From Nocardioides sp. (GTDB taxonomy: Bacteria; Actinomycetota; Actinomycetes; Propionibacteriales; Nocardioidaceae), in assembly GCA_030145945.1 (NCBI GenBank), contig JASLDK010000119.1:8143-72142 (forward strand): a stretch of 64,000 nt of DNA. The letters run 5' to 3'. The position numbers were made by a program, and so were the translations under genes. Positions 18,135 through 26,073 of this stretch are shown here, piece after piece; positions within the stretch are counted from its first letter, which is position 1; each line of letters starts with the position of its first letter. Under the pieces are notes generated by a model. It made no database searches and was not told where the DNA came from. It saw only the letters and a program-made list of their open reading frames with translations.

Positions 18135-20002
18135 GGGCGGACTCCGATCGTGCGGCTGGTCGGCGGAATGACGTTGGTGCGGGAGCTCGCGGGCACGGCG
18201 TGGAGCCGGGAGACGCTGGGGATGACGTGGGTGCGCTCGGGCGGGGTGGGGGCGGGTCTCCCGATCCGCCCGGGCGGTGCGACCACGCTGGTCGTTGCGA
18301 CAGGGCCGGTGATCGTGGCCGAGCGTTGCGTATCGACCTGACCGGCGCTCGCTGCGGATGACGTGGTGGCGGCAGGGCCGGTCAGGTCAACACTGACCCC
18401 GGCCCCGACGCTGCCTGCCGGTGCGGCCGTAGTGGTCACGGCGACAGGGCCGGTGATCGTGGTGGCGCTGGCTGCGGTGACCGTGCCCGCGGGAGCAGTG
18501 CTCAAGGTGAGGGCCACGGGTCCGGCGACCGCGATGGATCGTTGCGCGGACACGGTCCCAGCGGGTGCGGTGGTGGTGGCGGTCGCGGCGGCACCGGGGA
18601 TGCTGATGGACCCGCCTGCCGAGATGCCGCCCACGGGAGCATCTGCGGTGATCGTGGCTGCGGAGCCGGTGACGATCGCCGAGCTGGTCGCAGTAACGGT
18701 CCCGGCAGGAGCGGCCGTTGCACTGGTGGCGACCGGGGCAAGCACCGCGACGGTTCGGGTCGCGGTGATCGTCCCGGCGAGCGCGAGCGTGGTGATGGTC
18801 GGCAGTGGGCCTGCGACTGCTTCGCCATGACCGACGACAACCGTTCCGGCCAATGCGGCAGCGGCGGCTGTCGCTGCGGGTCCGCTGATCGTCGGGTTGC
18901 GGGTGACCGAGAGGCTGCCCGCCGGTGCGGAAGCGGCGCCGGTCGCAGCGGGTCCGGTCACGGCTGTGGAGATGTTGACCGTTCCGGCCGGGGCTACTGC
19001 CGTGAGTACGGCGGCAGGCCCGGTCATGGTGACGTTGTCGGCGGCGGCCACCGTGCCCGCCAGTGCGAGGGCGGTCACGGCTGCTGCTGCGCCGAGGATG
19101 GTGGCGCCACCGGTTGCTGACACTGACCCGGCAGGGGCACCGATAAGGGCGGAGGCCACGGGACCGGCCAGCGCGGGGTTGCGCGTGGCGCTCACGGCGC
19201 CTGCGGGAGCGCCAGCAATGGTGGTGCCGATGTCACCAGCGACGGCTGCGGAGCGTTGCACCGACACGGACCCGTTGGGAGCGGCGGTCGTCGTGGTGGC
19301 GACCGGGCCGCCGATGGTGGCCGTGCGGGTGGCGGCGACAAGGCCTGCGGCTGCTGCCGTTGCGGAAGTCGCGACGGGTCCGGCGATGGTGACCGGGAAG
19401 GTTGCGGTGTAGGTCAGTACGACGATGCCGGGAGCACCTGCGGCGCCGTTGTTGCCAGCGCCCGAGTTGCCGCCCGAGGCGCCGCCACCGTAGACATTGC
19501 CGGTCTGGCCGACGCCGCCTCCGCTGCTGGCCTTGGTGGCGCCGCCGTAGGGTCCAGCGCCCGCACCGCCGGTTGCGTTGGTGGCGCCGCTGATCGCGGT
19601 GCCCCCGGAGGAGCCGCTTGTTCCGGTCCCGCCAGTACCTCCGGTGCCGCCTGCGCCTGCCGCGCCGCCAAGGCCGCCGCGGACGCCGCCCTTACCGGCC
19701 TTGGCGGTGACGAGTGAGGCAAAGACGGAGTCGCCGCCATCGCTGCCATTGGTGCTGCCCGCGTTGCCTGCCGAGCCACCCGCGCCTACGACGACCGAAT
19801 AGTTCGTTCCCGGCACCACTGACGCGCTGGCAAAGATCCGGTACTCGGCGCCGCCGCCACCGCCGCCGCCGGGGTTGAGGCCACCGCCGCCGCCCGAGCC
19901 TCCGCCGCCTGCCGTGCACTCGACCGTGACGGAGGTGACGCCGGTCGGGCAGGTCCATGTGTAGGTGCCCGCGGTCGAGTAGGTATCGGTCGTCACGGGC
20001 AC
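18131..20002 (-). CDS. Phage fibre protein: Gly-rich N-terminal domain plus ~16 repeats of ~24 aa
   Basis: TYTWTCPTGVTSVTVEC.GGGG start, Gly-rich region, repeated (I/V)xGPxAxxxxxAPAGxV units. Confidence 0.75.
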   Translation of the reverse strand: MPVTTDTYSTAGTYTWTCPTGVTSVTVECTAGGGGSGGGGGLNPGGGGGGGAEYRIFASASVVPGTNYSVVVGAGGSAGNAGSTNGSDGGDSVFASLVTAKAGKGGVRGGLGGAAGAGGTGGTGGTGTSGSSGGTAISGATNATGGAGAGPYGGATKASSGGGVGQTGNVYGGGASGGNSGAGNNGAAGAPGIVVLTYTATFPVTIAGPVATSATAAAAGLVAATRTATIGGPVATTTTAAPNGSVSVQRSAAVAGDIGTTIAGAPAGAVSATRNPALAGPVASALIGAPAGSVSATGGATILGAAAAVTALALAGTVAAADNVTMTGPAAVLTAVAPAGTVNISTAVTGPAATGAASAPAGSLSVTRNPTISGPAATAAAAALAGTVVVGHGEAVAGPLPTITTLALAGTITATRTVAVLAPVATSATAAPAGTVTATSSAIVTGSAATITADAPVGGISAGGSISIPGAAATATTTAPAGTVSAQRSIAVAGPVALTLSTAPAGTVTAASATTITGPVAVTTTAAPAGSVGAGVSVDLTGPAATTSSAASAGQVDTQRSATITGPVATTSVVAPPGRIGRPAPTPPERTHVIPSVSRLHAVPASSRTNVIPPTSRTIGVRP

Positions 20003-20029
20003 CCCCTGCTAGATCAGCGACGGAATGGG

Positions 20030-20464
20030 TCAGGAGGCGGTCAGTGTGGCGACACCGGAGGCGTTGATGGTCAGGGTGAAGGTTCCGGACGCGCTGGTCT
20101 GGGTGCCGCCGAAGTCCCAGTACGCGATCGGGATGTTCGTCGAGTCGGTGCCTCCCTGCGCGTCGTAGAACACCGCGTAGGCAGCCGAGATCGACGAGGA
20201 GGTCCATGCCGGGTCGGCACAGTCGAAGGTGGTCACGTTGCCCGAGGTGGCGACCGTGACCGAGGCGAGCGCCTGCCCACCAGCGGTGTAGCCGGTTCCG
20301 GACGCCTCGGTGCCAGCGGCCTTCACGTCGGCCATCGTGGCGTGAGTGTTGGCGAAGGTGTACGCCGAGAACAGGGCCACCTTCAGCGAATCGGTAGCCA
20401 GGTTGACGCCCTTCTTGATGGCGGACTCCTGGAACTTCGGGTAGACGTGAGCGGTCACGGCCAT
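20030..20464 (-). CDS. Phage minor structural (fibre-base-like) protein
   Basis: DSLKVAL, EASGTGYTAGG, DCADPAW and YWDFG motifs; AAGGAG RBS. Confidence 0.7.
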   Translation of the reverse strand: MAVTAHVYPKFQESAIKKGVNLATDSLKVALFSAYTFANTHATMADVKAAGTEASGTGYTAGGQALASVTVATSGNVTTFDCADPAWTSSSISAAYAVFYDAQGGTDSTNIPIAYWDFGGTQTSASGTFTLTINASGVATLTAS

Positions 20465-20466
20465 GG

Positions 20467-20709
20467 TCATGCTCCTTCGAGGTTGGTCGTACTGGTGGGT
20501 CGGAGGTGTCGATGGAAGGCGGCCAGCCCGGCCGCGAGCAGCCACCGCGAGCCCGGGACTGCATCGAGCGCGGGCCGCAGAGTGGAGGCGCAGAGCGTCA
20601 GGGGCCGGTCGTCGGTGGACTTGTGCCAGCAGATGCCGTTGACGAGCACGAGGGTGCCGACGCCGGTCACCCAGAGGCGGCGGGGCGTCACGACTGGTCC
20701 TGTCGCCAT
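20467..20709 (-). CDS. Phage hypothetical membrane protein
   Basis: 80-aa ORF with hydrophobic segments in the co-directional late operon. Confidence 0.5.
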   Translation of the reverse strand: MATGPVVTPRRLWVTGVGTLVLVNGICWHKSTDDRPLTLCASTLRPALDAVPGSRWLLAAGLAAFHRHLRPTSTTNLEGA

Positions 20710-20836
20710 GCGCGCTTCTCTCGAGCCCGTGCCTGATGACGCTCCCGAGGACCTGACTTCTTCCAGGGCTTCGACTTGCGTTCACAGTGCGAACAGCAGC
20801 CGACCTGTTTCGTCGAGCTCAGCCGCAGCATCCGGC

Positions 20837-21061
20837 TCATGAGGCTGCCGAGTCTTGCGGTCCGTCCGGTTGCGGCTGATACTGGTCGGCGTTGGGGATC
20901 GCCCAGGTCGCCACGGCGGTGAGTACGGCGGCGGCGATGGTGAGCCAGTGCGCGGCCGGGTCGTCAGGGCCGAGGACACCGAGCAACGCGGTCACGATCG
21001 AGCCGAGCAGGGCGGCGTAGGCCTTGGCGGTGGTGGCGAGGTGGTGCAGCGTCTTGTCCAT
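20837..21061 (-). CDS. Holin
   Basis: 74 aa, two TM helices (KAYAALLGSIVTALL; WLTIAAAVLTAVATWAIPN), downstream of the endolysin. Confidence 0.75.
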   Translation of the reverse strand: MDKTLHHLATTAKAYAALLGSIVTALLGVLGPDDPAAHWLTIAAAVLTAVATWAIPNADQYQPQPDGPQDSAAS

Positions 21062-21276
21062 CAGGAGATCTCCTCGGCGTTGATGAGCATGAGGTGCGGG
21101 TCGGTCTCACTCACGAGAGACGACGCGCAGGTGACGGTCGGGAAGGTGCTGGGGTACGGCACGACCGGCGCCGGTACGACGACAGGCCGGGCAGCCTGCT
21201 GGGCGACAATGGACTGAAGCATCTGCACCTGAGCTTCGAGCGCGACGATCCGCTCAAGGAGCTGGGCCTTGCTCAT
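21061..21276 (-). CDS. Phage hypothetical protein (71 aa) between lysin and holin
   Basis: MSKAQLLERIVALEAQV coiled-coil start; TGATG overlaps at both ends; AAGGAG RBS. Confidence 0.7.
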   Translation of the reverse strand: MSKAQLLERIVALEAQVQMLQSIVAQQAARPVVVPAPVVPYPSTFPTVTCASSLVSETDPHLMLINAEEIS

Positions 21277-22328
21277 CAGGAGATCTCCTTGCCGTTGAGG
21301 TCGGTGGTGTAGCCGAGCAGGGTGAGCCCCCACTGGCGGCGGATGGTGTCGATGTCCACGAGGTCGAAGTAGCCGCGCCGCTTGATGTCGGTCGACCAGC
21401 ACTTGCCGTTGCCCGCGCTGATGGCAATGTGGCCGTGGCTCGAGCTGCCTCCCGACCAGAAGATCGGCCACCCGGCGGGGATCGCCTTCGGGTCGCTCGT
21501 GCGGCGCTTGCCCTTGGCGGCATTCCACGCGCCGATCGCATCCGAGGCCTTGGCGCCGATCCCGTAGGCCATCCGGCACCGCTGCAGACACATGCCGACC
21601 GCGAACGCAGGACCCTTGCGCGACTGCTCGCCGGCGGCGGCGATGGCCTTGGTGCCCATCACCGGAGTCATCGGCTTGGGAGCGGGCTTCGCCTTGGCCG
21701 CGAAGTCGAAGGCAACCGCACGATGGTCCGACCCGTACTTGTCCAGTGTGACGGTCTCGACGATCTGGCAGTTGCGGTAGACCGCGAGGTCGATCCCGTG
21801 GCCGACGACGTTCGCGGCGGCGGCGATGGCGATCTCCTTGCGGACTACCCCGGGGCCCTCGTTGTAGTCGCCCGCGATGACGGTCGGACGCCCGGCCTTG
21901 GTCCTGCGGATCAGCCGGACGATCGCGGCACGGGACTCCTTGCGCGGACCGGGGCCGAACGGCTGATGCACCGACCCGACCTTCCAGACCTGCCCGTCGA
22001 GGACGACTCGGGTCCAGCGGTAGGTGCGGCCGTCGTGCCGAACCCGCGCCTTGGGGCCGATCCACGCTCGCGCCATCCGCACAGCCAAACCCCGCTTGAT
22101 CTTGAGGCCCTTGCGCACCAAGATCGCGCACTCGGCCCGCTCGCTGTCGCCCTTGCGAGGCGCGAACTGGATCACCTGATAGCCGAGACCGGCGAGCGCG
22201 CCGTACAGCTTGTACGTCTCCTGCAGGCAGATCACGTCCGGGCGGTAGGCCTTGGTGATCGCCTCGATGCCCTTGCGGACAGTAGTCGGGCGAGTGGTGT
22301 TGCAGACGTTCCACGTGACAATGCGCAC
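21276..22328 (-). CDS. Endolysin: EEP (endonuclease/exonuclease/phosphatase) domain fused to a CHAP/NlpC-like peptidase
   Basis: RIVTWNV, DVICLQE, IAGDYN, GID and SDHRAV (EEP); GMCLQRC...HGHIAIS..NGKCWSTD (CHAP-like); CAGGAGG RBS before GTG. Confidence 0.8.
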   Translation of the reverse strand: MRIVTWNVCNTTRPTTVRKGIEAITKAYRPDVICLQETYKLYGALAGLGYQVIQFAPRKGDSERAECAILVRKGLKIKRGLAVRMARAWIGPKARVRHDGRTYRWTRVVLDGQVWKVGSVHQPFGPGPRKESRAAIVRLIRRTKAGRPTVIAGDYNEGPGVVRKEIAIAAAANVVGHGIDLAVYRNCQIVETVTLDKYGSDHRAVAFDFAAKAKPAPKPMTPVMGTKAIAAAGEQSRKGPAFAVGMCLQRCRMAYGIGAKASDAIGAWNAAKGKRRTSDPKAIPAGWPIFWSGGSSSHGHIAISAGNGKCWSTDIKRRGYFDLVDIDTIRRQWGLTLLGYTTDLNGKEIS

Positions 22329-22359
22329 GGGTGCCTCCTGTTGGGCAGGGAGAGATCGG

Positions 22360-22842
22360 TCAGATGTCGGCGGGAGGCTGGGCCAAGATGGCCGTCTCGA
22401 TCGTCGAGAGCGCCTGTGTGGATGCTTCGGCGGCGTGGCCGACGACGTCGCGCAGCGTGTGCTCGATCGAGTCAAACCGCTGGTCGCCCTCGCCGAGCCG
22501 GTCGTCGATCGAGTCGAGGCGCTTCGTGACCTTGCCGACCTCGGACGCAAGACGGTCCGGGAGCGTGGGCGGGTTGTTCTCGCCGCCGTTGGCGACCAGC
22601 AGGTGCTCGATCGTTCCGACTCGCTCACCCAGCGGCTTCAACTCGGGCCGGGCAGGCTCACCGGTCAGCGGGTTGGCGGGCACGGCCGCACGGCCGAAGA
22701 GCAGATCGTCGAGCGCGCGCTCACGGGCGAGACGCTGCCGAAGCCGCGGCAGACCTCGGCGCCACCAGCCCAAGCCGCCACCGAGCAGGCCGACAGCAAC
22801 AGCGAAGGCGGTCAGGTCGTCGTAGTAGTCCGGCAGGTGCAT
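22360..22842 (-). CDS. Phage membrane-anchored coiled-coil protein (lysis-associated)
   Basis: N-terminal TM (LTAFAVAVGLLGGGLGWW), then NGG motif and heptads. Confidence 0.65.
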   Translation of the reverse strand: MHLPDYYDDLTAFAVAVGLLGGGLGWWRRGLPRLRQRLARERALDDLLFGRAAVPANPLTGEPARPELKPLGERVGTIEHLLVANGGENNPPTLPDRLASEVGKVTKRLDSIDDRLGEGDQRFDSIEHTLRDVVGHAAEASTQALSTIETAILAQPPADI

Positions 22843-23201
22843 CACGAGCCCACCGGCCACGACTTCATGAAGAACACCGTCGCACGGTTGGCGCCCGTGT
22901 TCTGAAACACCGTGATCGACCCGTCCGTGTTGATGTTCACGGTTGCCGCGAACCCGGAGAAGATGCCCGTGTCGGTGATCACCGACGACGGCCGGAACGC
23001 AGTCGGGAGACCATTGCCCGCGGTGACAAGCGTCGTGTTCGCGTTGTTGGTCGTGGCGATCGTCATTGAGCACCACAAGAAGTTGATGCCGTTGCGGCGG
23101 CAGTACTTGATGGTGCCCGCCGTGCCCGCGTGGGTGAGGTTGGTCCAGGCGACATCACCCGGGAACGGGTCAGTCGCTCGAGCGCGTCCATCCCATGTCA
23201 T
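22842..23201 (-). CDS. Phage minor tail / receptor-binding-like protein
   Basis: YCRRNGINFL...LPTAFRP...INTDGSI pattern seen in phage RBP head domains. Confidence 0.6.
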   Translation of the reverse strand: MTWDGRARATDPFPGDVAWTNLTHAGTAGTIKYCRRNGINFLWCSMTIATTNNANTTLVTAGNGLPTAFRPSSVITDTGIFSGFAATVNINTDGSITVFQNTGANRATVFFMKSWPVGS

Positions 23202-24268
23202 GCCGCCACCCCCACAGCCTTGGCGATCACCGAGGTCAGATCCCGGGCGGCGAGTCCGACCGGCGAGAGCGTGATCGCATCGGAGGCCGCGTTGTAGTTG
23301 GCCTCGCCGATCACGAAGTCGACGTAGGGCAAGGGCTGGCCCTGCTCGTTGACCACCCCGTGGAGGCGGACCATCTGCCCGCCGCGGATCATCCACAGCG
23401 GCGCCGGAGTGCCCCCCGGGGTGGTGATCTGCCAGTGGTTCGGAGAAACGGGGTTGGTCCACCCGAGCCGAGCAGCACCAGCGGCGAGCGCCCCGGCGGC
23501 CAGGCCGTTGGCCTGCGTCGAGGACAGCACGCCATAGGACGTCGCATCGACCGGCTGCTGCCGGATCCCGTACTGGCCGCCCGCGACCGTGTCGCCTGCG
23601 TGCGCGGTGGCATAGGTGCCGCCCGCGGTCAGGTACCGGACGTAGATGTCCGAGGCATAGTCGTCATCGGCGAGCCCGAAGCGTCCCGAGTTCGGCGTCA
23701 TGTACCAAGACGGCGTCGTCGGATCGGCCGCGGCGTAGACGTTCCCGAGGGCATCGACGCCCCACCGCTGCGACTGCGAGAGCGCCCAGGCGTCGAGCAG
23801 GTCCGTCAGCTTGTTCAGCGCGTCGGTCTGGTCACCCGAGCCCGCAGACGGGGTGAAGGCGGCCGAGGAGATCGAGTTCGGACGCTTCCAGCGGAGCCCG
23901 GTCGCGATCGCTGCGTCGATGGCCGTGTCCGGCGTCGACGTCGTGTTCCCCGAGCCGTCAAAGCAGATCATCCCCGCGGCCGTCTTCGCCAGCCCGGTCG
24001 CGGTGAAGGACCAGGTCGGCAGCCCGTCGCCATCGGTGTTGATGTCCGGCTGCGCCATGATCCCCGCATCGAGAGGGAAGCCACCCGCGCGTACTTCGAC
24101 ATAGCTGCCCATGCGCAGCAGCGGGTTCGCCGAGGTGAGCGGGAGCTGCATCGACCAGGAGAGGTCCCCGCATCCGCCATCAGCCAGCGTCGACCATGCC
24201 AGATCACCCCACGCGCCCACCGTCATCAACGGCCGGGAGTTGACCCACAGGCCCAGATCGGTGGCCAT
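23198..24268 (-). CDS. Minor tail protein (baseplate hub-like)
   Basis: Second gene after the tape measure; 356 aa; coupled start and stop. Confidence 0.7.
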   Translation of the reverse strand: MATDLGLWVNSRPLMTVGAWGDLAWSTLADGGCGDLSWSMQLPLTSANPLLRMGSYVEVRAGGFPLDAGIMAQPDINTDGDGLPTWSFTATGLAKTAAGMICFDGSGNTTSTPDTAIDAAIATGLRWKRPNSISSAAFTPSAGSGDQTDALNKLTDLLDAWALSQSQRWGVDALGNVYAAADPTTPSWYMTPNSGRFGLADDDYASDIYVRYLTAGGTYATAHAGDTVAGGQYGIRQQPVDATSYGVLSSTQANGLAAGALAAGAARLGWTNPVSPNHWQITTPGGTPAPLWMIRGGQMVRLHGVVNEQGQPLPYVDFVIGEANYNAASDAITLSPVGLAARDLTSVIAKAVGVAA

Positions 24269-26073
24269 CAGGCGACCTTCGGCGCGCGAATCAGCCCGGC
24301 CGGGGTGTACGTCAGGCTGATCGCCGCCGGGTTGCCCGAGCCCACGAAGATGTTGACCACCTCGCCACCCACGACCTCATGCGAGCCCATCGCCACGATC
24401 GACGCACCCGGCATGTAGGCATCCGAGCGGTCCGCTGCCTTGCCGACCCAGATCGTCGGCACCGGCATATCGAAGGTCGGGCCGTCCAGCCACATGCGGG
24501 TGTTCGCGCCGCAGTCGACGATGGACAGCTGTCCGTGGTCCAGGTCGCACAGCCATCCGTTGTCGAGCGTCAGGGTCGATGATGCGAGCGAGATCTCCAC
24601 GACACCCGCGGATCCGGCAAGTCCGGCCGGGAGCGCGATGATCCCAGCCTGCGCCATCTGCCAGGTGTTCGCCGCGGCGATGTTGATCGTGACCGTGCCG
24701 GTCTGCACATCGGAGACCGTCGTCCCGGCCACCACGGTCTTTGCCGTCCAGGTGAGTGTCTTCGCGCCGGTCGAGCTCGCCTGCACCCGGACCGGGAGCC
24801 CGTAGCCAGCAGAGGCGATCGCCGAAACGGGGATCTGGAAGCGGTGCGTCGTCGAGAGCGCCGACTTCTTCCCGCTGTACGCAGTGGTGTCAGTCGAGTC
24901 GGCACCGCCATCCACGCGGGTCGGACGCAGGGGAGGCATCGCAACCCCCTGCGCTCGGGTCGAGTAGGCGATCACCTGGCCGAGCGCCACGCTGCTCTGG
25001 TCCGATGGCTTCACGCCACTCACTGCGATCGAGGCAGGTGTGCGGACTGAGCCCTGGATCGTGAACTGGCGTGCCACCTCGAGCTGCGTCAGGGTTCCCG
25101 GAGCCACCATGTCGGTGCGCGACAGGTCATAGACCTTGACGCCGTTGGTTCCCGCGAGCGGCGCAAAAGCGAACGCCGCGGTTACCTGGACAGAGTTCAG
25201 CGTCCCTGAGAACGGCAGCCACACCGTCGTGCCGGAACTGGCGATCGGCGTCACCGGTGTTCCATTGATCGAATAGGAGAGCACGGCGGTGGCGCCGTTG
25301 GTCGCGTAGCTCGCAGCCTTGACCATCAGGTAAGGAGTTGCGGCCATGTTCTGCGACAGGCTGGATCGCGTGATCCACTGCGAGTGGGCATAGCTCGACC
25401 CAGGGACCTGGCCCATCACGTAGGTGTCGCCGGCGTCGGAGCCCGTCACCGTGGTGGACACGCCCGAGCTGGTCCCTCCGGCCCAGTTCGTCGTCGACCC
25501 GCAGGTGTCGATGCTCGTCACCGTCGGCGTGACCGGCGAGGAGGACGTAGGGGCCGCGATCGTCTCGGTGACCGAATTGTCCGCGAACGCGAACGGCGCG
25601 CAAGTCAACTGCAGCAGGATCAACGAGCCCCGAGTGTCCGGGAACAACTCCTTGTAGTCGTCCCAGTCCGCCTCCGCCAGCGTCGCTGCGGTCACCTTGA
25701 ACACGCACGGCGGACCGAAGTTCGCCGCCGGCACCCACCGAAACGGAACGATCCGCTCATCCCAAGTCGCACGGCACTGACCGACCAGCGCCGCCAGACC
25801 CAACGGCACGCCCTCGCCCGGATCAGCCAACGGCCCATCGAGCACCTGCACCGCCACCGGCAACACCACGTTGTCGTGGCCCGTCGTGATCGCCAGCGCA
25901 CCATCCTGAAGCGCTGCGACCATCTCCGCGACCCGAACCTCGGGCGCGACCGTCGGATTCGTGCCCGCATCCGCGCCAAGTGCGCGCAGCTCGTACTTGC
26001 CATCGCTTGAGATGCCGGTCAGCTCCAGCGAGCCGAACCGCATGATCGAGGTGTTGACGTCGAAGTCCAGCAT
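24268..26073 (-). CDS. Minor tail protein (distal-tail-like with inserted beta-rich domain)
   Basis: Immediately after the tape measure; LTCAPFAF resembles the Dit motif. Confidence 0.7.
   Translation of the reverse strand: MLDFDVNTSIMRFGSLELTGISSDGKYELRALGADAGTNPTVAPEVRVAEMVAALQDGALAITTGHDNVVLPVAVQVLDGPLADPGEGVPLGLAALVGQCRATWDERIVPFRWVPAANFGPPCVFKVTAATLAEADWDDYKELFPDTRGSLILLQLTCAPFAFADNSVTETIAAPTSSSPVTPTVTSIDTCGSTTNWAGGTSSGVSTTVTGSDAGDTYVMGQVPGSSYAHSQWITRSSLSQNMAATPYLMVKAASYATNGATAVLSYSINGTPVTPIASSGTTVWLPFSGTLNSVQVTAAFAFAPLAGTNGVKVYDLSRTDMVAPGTLTQLEVARQFTIQGSVRTPASIAVSGVKPSDQSSVALGQVIAYSTRAQGVAMPPLRPTRVDGGADSTDTTAYSGKKSALSTTHRFQIPVSAIASAGYGLPVRVQASSTGAKTLTWTAKTVVAGTTVSDVQTGTVTINIAAANTWQMAQAGIIALPAGLAGSAGVVEISLASSTLTLDNGWLCDLDHGQLSIVDCGANTRMWLDGPTFDMPVPTIWVGKAADRSDAYMPGASIVAMGSHEVVGGEVVNIFVGSGNPAAISLTYTPAGLIRAPKVA

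Noticed and set aside
18131..20002. Diversity-generating retroelement acting on the fibre or tail genes
   Set aside because: No reverse transcriptase and no near-identical TR/VR pair differing at adenines was seen.
21061..22314. 417-aa ORF overlapping the endolysin
   Set aside because: Arg/Gly-rich off-frame translation; only the last 71 codons, after an RBS and ATG at 21276, look like a real gene.
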